Origin: Minisyncoccota bacterium
GTDB lineage: Bacteria > Patescibacteriota > Minisyncoccia > Phycocordibacterales > UBA918
NCBI GenBank assembly: GCA_041389045.1
Contig: JAWKSQ010000001.1
Coordinates: 11,063-75,062, forward strand
Reading direction: 5' to 3'
DNA length: 64,000 nt
The stretch's first letter is position 1; every line of letters starts with the position of its first letter. The notes beneath the pieces were generated by a model, which saw only the letters and a program-made list of their open reading frames with translations, was not told the origin of the DNA and ran no database searches. Below, one piece after another: positions 18,236-29,737 of the stretch. Position numbers and translations under genes: made by a program.

Positions 18236-19951
18236 TTACTTTAAGATTTCCACAATTCGGAGCCTGGTTTGCATACGGCCCATAAAAAAACTTTCCTCAA
18301 GATGTACCAACATAGAAAGTGGGACACCGATCTCGGGAGTAGTTAAAAACTGTGCCGGGGTTCTAAAGAATGAGATGGCTTCCTTCACTAAGCCAGTAGT
18401 AGCGAAGGTTAACTTAGTGTGTTCTTTGGTTTTACCAAAAACAGTCACTTCTTTGGGAGTAACATCTTTTATTAAATAGAGTGGCTTATGATTACTATGT
18501 CCAAAAGGGGCACACTTCCTTTGAGCAAATAGAAGTGAATTGGATATTTCATCAAGTGTAAGTTCAAGGTCGACCAATAATGGTTCTGAGATTTGAGCCT
18601 TGGTACCAAGGGTAGTATAAGCATCAAGCATTTGTTCGGCTAAGGTGTGAATCATGTCTTCTTTAACTGAGAAACCACCAGACATATGGTGTCCACCAAA
18701 CTCGAGGAAAGAGTCAGGTATTTCATTCATCAAAGTCACCACACTGATACTACCGCCTGAGCGACATGAACCTTTTAGTACACCATTACCGTCTCGACCC
18801 CACAGAAACACCGGTCGATTATATTCCTCAGCTAATTTGTTAGCGGCCAAACCAACTAATGATGGTCGCCAATCAGGATTGCCCATTACAATAACTGGTG
18901 GTTTTTCCGGAATTTGCTCTAAACGTTTATGCAGTTCTTTAGTCATCTGCGCTACAGCACTTTTTCTTTCTAAGTTTAATTTTTCCAGATGATCTACTCT
19001 TAGCCCAGCTTCCCCTTCGTCCTTGGTCGCAAGCATAAAAAAGGCATCTTCTGGATTATCCATTCTGGAAGCAGCGTTAATCCGCGGGCCAATAGTGAAA
19101 CCGATATCATCCTCAGTCAGATATCTTTGGTCGGCTTTTTGTTTACGGAGTAATTGTTGTAAGCCGGGTCGGCGCGACTTACGCAGTACCGTCAGACCAA
19201 AGTGAGCTAAGACCCGATTCTCATCAGTGAGTGGCACCATGTCCGCAATAGTAGCGATACCAACCATATCGAGCCACCACTTCTCAGTTCCTGGTGGGAT
19301 AGAGTAGTCGCCACGAGCCATCAGCGCCTGGACTAGCTTAAAGACCACGGCTGCTCCACAAAGACCAGTGAAGGGGTAAGTGTCACCTACTTTAGGATTC
19401 ACTATCGCTACTGCTTCGGGCAATGTTTCCTTCGGCTCATGGTGGTCGGTAACGATTACATCTATACCGAGCTTATTTGCTTCGGCCACGGCTTCGATAT
19501 CAGTCGTGCCACAATCGATGGTAATGACTAAATTGGCTTTATGTTCTTCACTTAAGACTTTGATAGCTTTAGTGCTCAAGCCAAAACCGTCATAGTGACG
19601 ATGAGGGATAAAATTAAAAAAGTTTGTGAAACCAATAGCACAGAAAAAATCATGTAGTACTACGGCACCCGGAATACCGTCACAATCGTAATCGCTGTAG
19701 ATAATAATTTTTTGGTTCTGCTCTATCGCGGACAATACCCTTGAAACTGCTTTTTCCATATCATGCAGTAGAAACGGGTCGTGCAACTGAGCCTCATAGG
19801 AAGGATTTAAGAATTCTTCTGCCTGACTAGCTGTTTCAACGCCACGATTAAATAAAAGCTTGCGTAACCAAGGTTCGTAAGCGGATAGATTTTCGGCTAC
19901 TTTAATTGGCATCAGGGGGCGAAACTCGTATAGCGACATAGGTAAAGTCAT
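18236..19951 (-). CDS. recJ: Single-stranded-DNA-specific exonuclease RecJ
   Basis: DHH family motifs (DYDCDGIPG, ITIDCG, VTDHH) and a DHHA1 region; 571 aa. Confidence 0.92.
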   Translation of the reverse strand: MTLPMSLYEFRPLMPIKVAENLSAYEPWLRKLLFNRGVETASQAEEFLNPSYEAQLHDPFLLHDMEKAVSRVLSAIEQNQKIIIYSDYDCDGIPGAVVLHDFFCAIGFTNFFNFIPHRHYDGFGLSTKAIKVLSEEHKANLVITIDCGTTDIEAVAEANKLGIDVIVTDHHEPKETLPEAVAIVNPKVGDTYPFTGLCGAAVVFKLVQALMARGDYSIPPGTEKWWLDMVGIATIADMVPLTDENRVLAHFGLTVLRKSRRPGLQQLLRKQKADQRYLTEDDIGFTIGPRINAASRMDNPEDAFFMLATKDEGEAGLRVDHLEKLNLERKSAVAQMTKELHKRLEQIPEKPPVIVMGNPDWRPSLVGLAANKLAEEYNRPVFLWGRDGNGVLKGSCRSGGSISVVTLMNEIPDSFLEFGGHHMSGGFSVKEDMIHTLAEQMLDAYTTLGTKAQISEPLLVDLELTLDEISNSLLFAQRKCAPFGHSNHKPLYLIKDVTPKEVTVFGKTKEHTKLTFATTGLVKEAISFFRTPAQFLTTPEIGVPLSMLVHLEESFFMGRMQTRLRIVEILK

Positions 19952-20038
19952 CTTACCATAATTAGCTTTAACTGGTTTGAAGTAACAAATGGCCGGCCCT
20001 TTTAGGGCCGGCCATTTGTTACTTCACTGCTTCAACTA

Positions 20039-21163
20039 CTACTTTCGTAACGCATCGAGTACATCAGTCGTACCATGTTCAAGTAAAGTCAGCATCGAGC
20101 CACCGCCAATTGAGACGAAGCCGAACTTGTCATTTAAACCAAGCTTCTCCACCGCTGCTACAGTGTCACCACCACCAACCACACTAAAGGCATCAGCCTC
20201 TGCGATTAGTTTTGCGGTTTCTTCGGTTCCTTCTTCAAAACCAGCTTCGTAGTTACCAAACGGACCATTCCATAAAACCGTCTTCGCTTCGGCGATATAA
20301 TTGGCCAACAGTTTAACTGTTGCAGGACCAAGGTCAAAGATTTTTTCATCAGGTAGAACTTGGTCTACGGCTTTAGTTTTAACTCCATCTGGACCTTCGA
20401 CCACTACATCAACTGGTACCAATAACTTCTTATCATTAAGGAAAGGGGTTCCTACCAAAGAGACGTCCGATACCAGTGACTGACCCACTTCAAAGCCTTG
20501 AGCCTTTAGTACATCGTTGGTGAGTGCTCCGCCAATAAAAACTTGGTCATACAATTTTAAATATTTTTCTACCAGTGGCATCTTGGTTTCGAATTTAGCC
20601 CCACCAAGTAGAAAGAGTGACGGACTAGTCGGGTTCATTACTTGTTCCAGTTGAATAACTTCTTCCGCTAGTGTTAGTCCGGCATAGGCAGGAAGTCGTT
20701 TCGCTAAACCTAAAGTCGAGGCGTGGTTACGATGAGCTTCAGCAAAAGCATCATTCACATATAACTCGCCATAACCAGCCATAATCTCAACTAGTTCAGC
20801 TGAATTTTCTTCTTCACGACTATCTTGTCTTAAGTTTTCACACATCACAATCTCACCATCTAACATGGCATTTTGTACCCCAGCAAAAGCAGGGTCGGTG
20901 ATGGCTCCACCCCATTTCATTGGCAAAGTCTTACTAAGCTCAGCAAATACGGGTTTGAGTGAATCTGTTTCCTTTCGTCCGATATGAGAAATAATAATTA
21001 CTCTGGCGCCTTTATCTTTAAGGAAAGTCAAAGTTGGTAGAGCTCTCTGTAGTCGATAAGAATTACGCACCAATTCTCCATCAAGCGGTACATTGCAAGA
21101 AGACCTCACGATCACATACTTACCTTTAAGGTCACTCACTTCAGTCACTAGTTTTAAATCCAT
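20039..21163 (-). CDS. pgk: Phosphoglycerate kinase
   Basis: Full-length PGK pattern (…IISHIGR…, GGAKFETK, GGGDT…). Confidence 0.95.
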   Translation of the reverse strand: MDLKLVTEVSDLKGKYVIVRSSCNVPLDGELVRNSYRLQRALPTLTFLKDKGARVIIISHIGRKETDSLKPVFAELSKTLPMKWGGAITDPAFAGVQNAMLDGEIVMCENLRQDSREEENSAELVEIMAGYGELYVNDAFAEAHRNHASTLGLAKRLPAYAGLTLAEEVIQLEQVMNPTSPSLFLLGGAKFETKMPLVEKYLKLYDQVFIGGALTNDVLKAQGFEVGQSLVSDVSLVGTPFLNDKKLLVPVDVVVEGPDGVKTKAVDQVLPDEKIFDLGPATVKLLANYIAEAKTVLWNGPFGNYEAGFEEGTEETAKLIAEADAFSVVGGGDTVAAVEKLGLNDKFGFVSIGGGSMLTLLEHGTTDVLDALRK

Positions 21164-21165
21164 AT

Positions 21166-21927
21166 TTACTTAGTACTAATTGTTGCTTTTATAATTGTCA
21201 CAAATTCTTCAGCCTGCAAACTAGCGCCTCCAACCAAGAAACCATTCATGCCACCATTCTTATGCAAGTCTTCCGCGTTACTTGATTTGACTGACCCACC
21301 ATAGAGTAAACGTACTTTTTCAGCCGTCTTGCGATCATAGATTTTAGTCAAGATACTCACAATAAATATCTGCATTTCCTTAACATCATCGGCGGTCGCC
21401 GTTGCACCAGTACCAATGGCCCAGATCGGCTCGTAAGCAATAACTAATTTTTGTACTTGCAGATTGGTTAAACCTTGTGTCAGTAGGCGGATTTGACTTT
21501 CGATGCCATTAAAAAATGTACCTTGCTTATCGCGCTCTTTTTCGCCAATACAAACAATTGGTGTCAGTTTTCTTTTTAGTAGAGCGTGGATTTTTTTATT
21601 GATTTGTTCATCTGTTTCACCCATGGCCCTTCTTTCGGAATGGCCGACAATTACATACTCCACGCCAAATGGGGCCAGTAAAGCTGGACTAACCTCTCCT
21701 GTAAAAGGCCCTCTATCTTCAAAATATGTGTTTTGGGCGCCAAGAATTATATTGGTGCTTTTGGTCATCTTGGCAACCTCAGCCGTAAATATTACTGGCG
21801 GAGCAATGACTACGTAAGCCTCAGTTATCTTCATTACTCTTTTCTTGATACCACTAACAAGATCTTTCACTTGAACTTAAAGTTGTTGCTTCCAGTTGCC
21901 GACAACTAACGCAGGTTTGTGTTTCAT
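21166..21927 (-). pseudogene. tpiA: Triosephosphate isomerase with an in-frame TAA at codon 17
   Basis: The ATG at 21927 gives MKHKPALVVGNWKQQL, then TAA (21877..21879), then VQVKDLVSGIKK...IAPP...GAQN...VGHSERR...EPIWAIGTG. The catalytic N and K lie upstream of the stop. Confidence 0.85.
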
Positions 21928-21977
21928 ACCTGAAATAGCATAAAGAAAAAAGCGCAGACCTATGGTCTGCGCTTTTT

Positions 21978-23417
21978 CTATCCGTCTTGTCGCCAATCCT
22001 TAAAGATATAAACATCGGAAGTTTCTGGCGTCAGTGGTGGCGGACTATCTATTTGATTGCGGTCAAAAGAGTCTGTTCCACCAGGAAAACCACTAACCGA
22101 TACTCCGCCACTGACCCAATTTGTTACCGCTCGCATGTTTGTCACCACAGTACCCAAAGTATTTAGGTTATTCCTTTGCACATAAGGCTGATAGGTACCA
22201 TTTAAATAAGGTCCGTAATAGTGATTGCGACCAAAGCGTCCGTTTTGAGCAATAAATATTCCACTGATGGTCATGTTATTTGGCACATCAAGCCCAATGT
22301 CTAGGTCATCCTCAGCAATAACCAAAAGACCAGCTGGAGAATTAGGTACGTACGTTATGTTTCCAGCCAAAACTACATTCGTTTGCGCCCCAGAAGACAG
22401 GTTATATACCAAAGTTACCTTTTGGTTCACAGCACCACTGACCCAAACCTTGTCCTCAAAATACAGAGAAGTGGGCAATTATTATTTATTGTAATTGTTC
22501 CTAAAAGGACTGAGGCAGTGATAGCATTCCTCTCACCTGAATGCCAACCTTCGGCGCTCGAATAAGAGGTGTAGTTGTAGGTGTTAGTGACACGGTAAAC
22601 CCTAGCGGTACTGTTACCATTAAAAACCACTGAGTAACCATACGCACCGGACGGTCCATAATATCTACCGCCGTTATTTTGCGCCAAACTTTTCATGGTA
22701 CTTAAGTCCAAAGTTATACCGGCAAAATCAATTGGTGAAACAGGGAAGGAGAACAAACCTGGATTAGCCTGACCACTGGTGGTGTAAACCCCATCAACAA
22801 CTTGCGAGGGTGAACAACCATAAGAACTATCACAAGTCCAACTGGCTTGACCGCTACCAACTACCGAGTTATGAGCTGCTTCCATTCTTATACCCTGATT
22901 AGAATGGAGCGGACCAATTACTGTACCTCCAGCCCCATACCAAACACCAGCGTTAGTAATGAAGGAATACTCAGCCACTGTTGGTCTCGTATATTTAGCG
23001 TGAACAGTACTTTTTGCATCAGGATTTTGATAAGTGTGTCCAGTAGAAGTTACATCAATAGAAGAAATGCTTCCACAGTAAGTACTGCTAGCGATAGTTA
23101 GTGCGAACTCACCTATATTACCCCCTTCTGGATCTTTGTAAGGATGAATATATGGACTAGGGGTAGTAGTTCCTGTTTGGTTGTCACATCTCCAGGAAAG
23201 TGAGATAAGTACCATTTATAATAATTGAGACCAGCTTCAGCAATTTCGGTGGCTCGTTGTTGTTCGTAACGAAAATTAACTACTTGATTTTGAGTCACAA
23301 TATAACCAATAAAAGAACTAACCATTACCATAAAAACCCACCAAAAACTAGTACCAGCACCAGGAGGTAACCAGCCGATTTATTTTTATTTATTACATTT
23401 CTACTTGACTGGTTCAT
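21978..23417 (-). pseudogene. Large PilX-N-like pilus-associated protein broken by at least 3 frameshifts
   Basis: The fragments MNQSSRNVINKNKSAGYLLVLVLVFGG / VMVSSFIGYIVTQNQ...AEAGLNYYKWYLSHFPG / DNQTGTTTPSPYIHPY...TITINNN / PTSLYFEDKVWVSG... join end to end when the frame is shifted. Confidence 0.7.
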
Positions 23418-23425
23418 ATTTTCAA

Positions 23426-24030
23426 CTATAGATTATCCTTCAGATTACGAGGCGCAATACTTGACCTGAGCATAAACTCCCCAGGGAAACGATTCTGATC
23501 AATATTAACGATAAATTTGGCTACCGTAGCGAACATCAATTACCGGTGAAGTAGAACTAAGAGCCATGCCAGCATTATCAAAATAGTAAAAAGTAGATGT
23601 CTCGCGCAATATTCTGAACATACAATGATAACGTATTGGTAGTGTCTGGTGTCGACAAATTATAAGTTGGTGGATTACCAGAAGCCTCGTATGTACTTAT
23701 AGAGAGGGTGCTAGACAGTTTATACCTAACATATTCTACAGAATCATCTAAATCAGTATCACTATAGTAAGAAAATTCATGTTCACCAATAACAGCGATT
23801 GGGTATGAGCCATCTTCTCCAGTTGTGTCTCTTACATCACGATTCCATTGCGTCATGTCAAGGCCTAGCATTTTCTGTCTCTTCTGCTTGTTCTATAGTG
23901 TAAGAATTTAGTTTATAAATCAGTTATGCCATTTGAAATAACTAAAAAGTAAGACCGTGGCAATTCCCACAACCACCACTGCCTCAATCAGGGTCATGCC
24001 GGTTATAGAACTTTTATTATTTATAAACAT
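23426..24030 (-). pseudogene. Pseudopilin (prepilin-type N-terminal methylation motif) with at least 5 frameshifts
   Basis: The gene starts MFINNKSSITGMTLIEAVVVVGIATVLL. The end VAKFIVNIDQNRFPGEFMLRSSIAPRNLKDNL is PulJ-like. The pieces are recovered only by hopping frames. Confidence 0.7.
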
Positions 24031-24036
24031 AAAAAT

Positions 24037-25791
24037 TTATAAAGTAAGTAATGTTACATTTAATTGCACATCACCATCGATATTAACATCATTAAATGTG
24101 TGTGATTGATAACCAGGTGCGCTGATATTGAGAACGAAGTCAGTCTGAGGCAAAGTGACCCCAGGAAAGTACACCTTGCTTACAAGCGCCGGTATATCTA
24201 GTTTGATTATATCCAGACCTAGTAAGAACAGCTTCGATACCAGGAATTGGTTCACCAATAATATCCGTACTTTACTCAGTGTGTTATTAACAGCCGGTGT
24301 AACTATTACTTCTAAATCTCCGTCGACTCCAGCCTGATGGATGAATGGGTAGGTTCCGCGCAACCCTGTGCCACTTTATACCCTGCAACGCTGACATGAT
24401 ATTCGTCGAACTCAACCGCCCCCAGTAATCTCTCCATTGACATCAGTAGTAGTACTAACATCATATTTATAAATAAAGTTAGCTGTTGCATCAGTACCAA
24501 TTATCTTACTACCTCTAACTCCCATACTTTGATTAGTCATTAGGGTTTCAGCTTCACGATAATAAACACCGACTTCATCGATAATAGGTGTTACGGACAC
24601 ATCGCTTGTTTCTAGCACTACACCAACAACAAAGCTTGGGTATAGAGTCGGACTTAGGTTGGAAATATCAATAATTGAATCAGCAAAACCGCCACTATTC
24701 CCCGGCAAATCTGTATCAGGAATTATTGTATATGGACCGGCACCGGCGCCTGTGTAAAAATAAACTTTATAATCCGTGTCGGCTGGAACATTTGCTGCTA
24801 CTCTAACTGCCTGCCAGGCTTCAATTGCAGTTGGTATAACTTCGAAATAAACCTCCCCGTAAACATCATAAACCCCGGCCGTGTCAGACAATACTAATTC
24901 GTCACCATTGCTAGCCACACTACTGTAAGAAGTGATACCTCCCAAAGAAGTAAAATCTTCAACAAACCGACTATCGGTCACACTAGACTTGAGTACTAGG
25001 TTAATGTCACTTAACTCACCAATTTGGAAAGTTAGCGTAGAAATGTCAGATTCAAGTACTGAAAATGGTGACAAAGAAGGGTTCGGATTTGTGGTAGTGG
25101 CCTCGTAAGTTTTATCGACAGAGTATGACTTCCCCGCGATTGGACCAGTCACTGATACTTCATAATTACTATCAACTGGTGTTCCAGAAAACAAAGCTTC
25201 TCCATTTACATCAGTTATCTTAGTGACATCAATCGGACTTGTAGAACTAGCATTAGTTAAACGCACTCGTGCTCCAGGCAAAAGATTGGATTGATCATCA
25301 ATCACGTTAATTCGTACCGTTCCTCCACCAGCAGTGGTCTCAATCGACCGAGGGACAATATTACTAATAAGTGCAATCTGACCATTCACACCATTAATTT
25401 CCCAAGTATATTCCACTTTTACTCTTTTATAATCTGAGGGAATACCATTAGTATCTGCCACGTTCAGTCCATCTGCCGGGTCATCAACATACTCCACCAA
25501 GACTCTCTCATTAAACTCAATCCCATTAAGACTAATAATGTTGTTTTGAGGAATAGTACCGGGAGGAATACCAGCTATCGTACCAACGTTGTTATATGGT
25601 AGTGATCGAAAATATTCCATTCGATCATTGGCGACTGAAATGGCACTGAGTTTTGAACGTGATAAATTGATCAAACGTAGTGAATATTGAAACGAAGCAA
25701 ACATTGCCCCGAAGATCAAAACAGAAATCGCTGACACAATAATCACTTCCACCAAAGTGAAACCTGACTTTTGTGTCAAAGCTTTATACAT
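24037..25791 (-). pseudogene. Large pilin-like protein (prepilin N-terminus + Ig/carboxypeptidase-regulatory-like repeats); 3' ~125 codons frameshifted
   Basis: The motif MYKALTQKSGFTLVEVIIVSAI is a class III signal. 24412..25791 is intact. The frame then shifts at the ggggg run (…EITGG|AVEFDEYHVSVAGYKV…) and at least twice more. Confidence 0.7.
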
Positions 25792-25798
25792 GACAACT

Positions 25799-27025
25799 TT
25801 ATTTAAGTCCGTCTGACATTGAATAAATCGGCGCAATCATAGCCAGTGCAAAGAACCCTACACCCGCACCAATAAAGACCATTAAGAGTGGTTCAATAAT
25901 GGTGGATAGGTCTTTGGTTTTTCGCTCAACTTCTGTCTCATAAAATAAAGCTAGCTCACCAAGCATACCAGAAATCTGTCCAGTCTCTTCACCCACGAGG
26001 ATCATTTCGCCGACTAGAATCGGATATAAGTCGGTACGCTCCACAAACACTTCAGACAAAGCAGTACCTTTTTCAACGCGTTTTCTAGCTTCTCGCAGAA
26101 TTTCTTTATAATAAACATTTTGTACTACTTCCTCAGTAATTTCGATGGCTTGTATCACGTCCACTCCGGAGTTAAGTAGCGAAGAAAGGGTTCTCGCAGT
26201 CCGGGCAGCATTGGTCTCTTTGGCCATAGTCCCGATTACTGGTAACCGAGTAACCGTCCAAGAAACTGTGGTTTTCCCTATTCTAGTGCGCAAGAAATAA
26301 ACCACCGACAGCACCAAGCCGATAATAGAAGAAAGTGCTAGTACCGTGTGGGCCACAAAGAAATCACTTGATTCAATGAGAAAAGTAGTAGTGGCTGGTA
26401 ACTCCTTATTCATTCCTTTAAAAACATCTGTGATTTGGGGCAATACGAATATCATCATGAGAATAGCAATAATCACCATTACCGTAATGACAATACCCGG
26501 ATAAATCATGGCCCCTTTGATCTTCTTAATCAGATTATTGGAGCGTTCCATCTGTACTGACAGTGTCTGCAGTGACTCCGCCAAATTTCCACTTTCCTCA
26601 CCAGACTTAATCATCGCCACATAAAGATCACTAAAGACTTCTGGATATTCCTTGAGTGTTTCAAATAACTGATCACCACTATTGATACGTTCATTAATCC
26701 TTTTGATGACACTTTTTAGTTTTGGGTTCTTACTCTGCCTTTCGATCACCGAAAGGGCTCTAGTGACTGTTAAACCCGCGTTAAGCATCGAACCCAGGTT
26801 ACGAGTCATCATGATGAGCTCATCTGATTTTACTCGACTAAGCAGAATGTTGAGCTTTTCAACATTCAGAAATTGTTTATACCCACCTGAGGCGTTATCT
26901 ATACTGGTGACTTTATGTCCGTCACGACGAGCGACGTCGTAGACCGCGTAACGATCGTCGGCAGTGACAGTCTCGGTCACACTATTACCTTCTTGATCTT
27001 CTCCAGTATAGGTAAAAGTTGGCAT
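25799..27025 (-). CDS. pilC: Type IV pilus platform protein PilC (GspF family)
   Basis: Duplicated T2SSF domain architecture, three TM regions, 408 aa, immediately downstream of pilB. Confidence 0.9.
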   Translation of the reverse strand: MPTFTYTGEDQEGNSVTETVTADDRYAVYDVARRDGHKVTSIDNASGGYKQFLNVEKLNILLSRVKSDELIMMTRNLGSMLNAGLTVTRALSVIERQSKNPKLKSVIKRINERINSGDQLFETLKEYPEVFSDLYVAMIKSGEESGNLAESLQTLSVQMERSNNLIKKIKGAMIYPGIVITVMVIIAILMMIFVLPQITDVFKGMNKELPATTTFLIESSDFFVAHTVLALSSIIGLVLSVVYFLRTRIGKTTVSWTVTRLPVIGTMAKETNAARTARTLSSLLNSGVDVIQAIEITEEVVQNVYYKEILREARKRVEKGTALSEVFVERTDLYPILVGEMILVGEETGQISGMLGELALFYETEVERKTKDLSTIIEPLLMVFIGAGVGFFALAMIAPIYSMSDGLK

Positions 27026-27028
27026 AAA

Positions 27029-28780
27029 TTATTCGTTAATGACTCGAAGAACTTCTTCGATACTGGTATAACCTCGAGCCGCTTTGTAAATACCGTCCTC
27101 CATCATGGTGAGCATCCCCTCTTTTCGTGCCTGTGTCTCCACTTCGTCTCCGGTCTTACCGGCTATAACCATCTCCTTGATTGAAGGGGTCATTTCCAGC
27201 ACCTCATGAATGCCCATACGACCCTTGTAGCCATCTTCGGTTTCCCCCTTTTCTTTAGGGTGATAAAAAGGAATGTCGTTCCAAGTAGCAGAGTCAGCAA
27301 CAATTTTCTCTTCCTTTAGCGTCTTAAGCACCAGATCCATATTAACGTGTTCTTCTAATTCTTCCCTTTCAGCCTTGGACAAGACATAAGGTAGCTTATC
27401 GTCAGCCAACTTACGCACTAGACGTTGCCCAATTGCTACTCGTAAGGTCGATACAAGCAAGAACGTCTCCACTCCCATATCAGTCAAACGAGCGACTGTA
27501 CCAGCCGCTGAGTTAGTGTGTACTGTGGCCAACACCAAGTGACCTGTTAAAGCGGCGTTAATACCTAGACTAGCTGTCTCTTGGTCACGGATTTCCCCCA
27601 CCATAATAATGTCTGGGTCCTGACGCATAAGTGACCTTAGGCCCGCAGCAAAAGTAAAACCAATTTCCGGCTTAACCTGACTTTGGTTAATACGAGGCAT
27701 TTGATATTCGATTGGATCTTCAATGGTTGAAATATTTACTTCTGGTGAATTGAGTAAATCTAGAACCGTATAAAGTGTTGTCGACTTACCAGAACCAGTT
27801 GGTCCAGTTACTAAGATTATACCGGTGGTAGCCCTAGTGGCTTTATGAATACGCTCGAGCGTAGAGCCATGGAAACCAATTCCTTCGAGAGAATAACCAC
27901 TGCGGTTCTCGCGCAAAAGACGCATGACGATTTTCTCGCCATAAAATACCGGTAGGACCGACACGCGGAAGGCGACTTTTTGACCATCCATCTCCATTTT
28001 GAAACGACCGTCCTGCGGTAACCGCTTTTGGTCCAACTTAAGATTGGAAAGTACCTTGATACGAGCCACCAGAGTTCCTGCCGCATGCTTAGGCAGTTTC
28101 ATGGCATCGTTCAAAATACCGTCGATACGATATCTTACCACCACCTCTTCCTCCATCGGCTCAATATGAATATCAGATGCACCCTGAATAATAGCGTGAC
28201 GTAAAAGTGTATCAATAATACGCACTACCGGTAGGTCTTCGGCCATTTTCTTGAGATCACTTTCAGACATTTCTTCCCCATTTTCTTCCGCAATCACTTT
28301 GAGAGCTGAAGCATCCTTCATAATGATGTCACCAAACTCATCTTTCAGAGTTTTTTGGTATTGCTGAAGCGCCATTCGCATTGACTCAGTATCAGTCAGT
28401 CGAGATAAAATCTTTAGACCAACTTTCTTACGCACAAAATCAATCGCTGGTAAGTCAGCTGTATCAAGCATCGCTACTTCAAGTTCCTTATCATTTTTCT
28501 TATAGGCAATGATGTTGTGGTTACGCGCTACCGGTTCAGGAATGAGAGCTAATACATCAAAATCAATTTTAATATTTTTGAGAGAAACAAATGGAATACC
28601 GAGTACGTAAGATTCTATGCGTCGCATATCATCTTCGGTCATATGACCTTGTGAAATAAGAGCTTCAGCCAGGGTACGTCTTTCATCCTTAGCTACTTTT
28701 TCCACGGCCGAAATATCGGACTTTTTAATAAGTCCGGCATCAAGAATAAAACGCTTTAGTTGTTCATCTTGTATACGCAC
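27029..28780 (-). CDS. pilB: Type IV pilus assembly ATPase PilB (GspE family)
   Basis: T2SSE N-terminal domain, Walker A GPTGSGKSTT, Asp/His boxes, 583 aa. Confidence 0.93.
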   Translation of the reverse strand: MRIQDEQLKRFILDAGLIKKSDISAVEKVAKDERRTLAEALISQGHMTEDDMRRIESYVLGIPFVSLKNIKIDFDVLALIPEPVARNHNIIAYKKNDKELEVAMLDTADLPAIDFVRKKVGLKILSRLTDTESMRMALQQYQKTLKDEFGDIIMKDASALKVIAEENGEEMSESDLKKMAEDLPVVRIIDTLLRHAIIQGASDIHIEPMEEEVVVRYRIDGILNDAMKLPKHAAGTLVARIKVLSNLKLDQKRLPQDGRFKMEMDGQKVAFRVSVLPVFYGEKIVMRLLRENRSGYSLEGIGFHGSTLERIHKATRATTGIILVTGPTGSGKSTTLYTVLDLLNSPEVNISTIEDPIEYQMPRINQSQVKPEIGFTFAAGLRSLMRQDPDIIMVGEIRDQETASLGINAALTGHLVLATVHTNSAAGTVARLTDMGVETFLLVSTLRVAIGQRLVRKLADDKLPYVLSKAEREELEEHVNMDLVLKTLKEEKIVADSATWNDIPFYHPKEKGETEDGYKGRMGIHEVLEMTPSIKEMVIAGKTGDEVETQARKEGMLTMMEDGIYKAARGYTSIEEVLRVINE

Positions 28781-28962
28781 AACAATTCCAAATGAGCTAA
28801 TAAGAGCTACTTGTCTCTATTGTATCACCACTACAAAAAACCTCCGCTGTTAATTTTCCACTTTGTGTCCAACGTAAACCGAAAGAGACCGCGAGCTTCG
28901 CTCGCGGTCTTCTTGGGTTTTGGTTTTACTTTTATTTTATCCAGAACCATTTTTCCATTTCT

Positions 28963-29733
28963 CTACACCCGCACTCGCCAACCAATCTTGAATAGATAGA
29001 AAACTAAAGTACCAAGACTAAGTATTAACCCCCCAATCACCAACTCACCCACATACATGTTGGCTTCGCTGATGCCGATCATGGAATTTCTAATTCCATC
29101 CACGAAATAAAAGAAAGGATTTAGCTTAGTGATGAACTGGGCTGTCTCAGGAAGCATAGTGAGAGAATAAAAGATTCCACCCAAGTATGTAAACGGGGTG
29201 ATGACAAACGTATTGAGAATTGATAACTGTTCAAAGCTTTGGGCCCATAGCGCCACCAACATACCAAGTAAAGAGAAAATCGCTGACACTGCTAAGATAT
29301 AAGCAAAAAACATCACTGGACTAGTTAAGGTCACTGCACCAAAGAAAACTCCGACCAATAAAATCAAACTGGCCACAATCACTGACCTCATCATCGAACC
29401 TAGCATAAATCCGAAGATGATTTCCAGGTACGAAAGTGGGGCTACCAACAACTCCTCAATACTCTTGGTAAAGCGAGCGAAGTAAAGGGAACTAGAACTA
29501 CTACCAAACGAAGCGTTAATGACCGACAGCATCAGAATACCGGGAAAAACAAACGTTATGTACGGTACTCCCGCGATAGTCGAAATCTTCCCCCCTACCA
29601 CTACCCCAAAAATAAAGATGTAGAGCGTAGCCGAAATTACCGGCGCCACCAAAGTCTGGACCACCACCCGAAAAGTCCTCATCACCTCACGGCGAATCAT
29701 CGTATAGACCCCTACCCAATGTATTTTATTCAT
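28963..29733 (-). CDS. ABC-2 type transporter permease
   Basis: Six TM segments and typical ABC-2 organisation; adjacent to an ABC ATPase. Confidence 0.85.
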   Translation of the reverse strand: MNKIHWVGVYTMIRREVMRTFRVVVQTLVAPVISATLYIFIFGVVVGGKISTIAGVPYITFVFPGILMLSVINASFGSSSSSLYFARFTKSIEELLVAPLSYLEIIFGFMLGSMMRSVIVASLILLVGVFFGAVTLTSPVMFFAYILAVSAIFSLLGMLVALWAQSFEQLSILNTFVITPFTYLGGIFYSLTMLPETAQFITKLNPFFYFVDGIRNSMIGISEANMYVGELVIGGLILSLGTLVFYLFKIGWRVRV

Positions 29734-29737
29734 ATAG

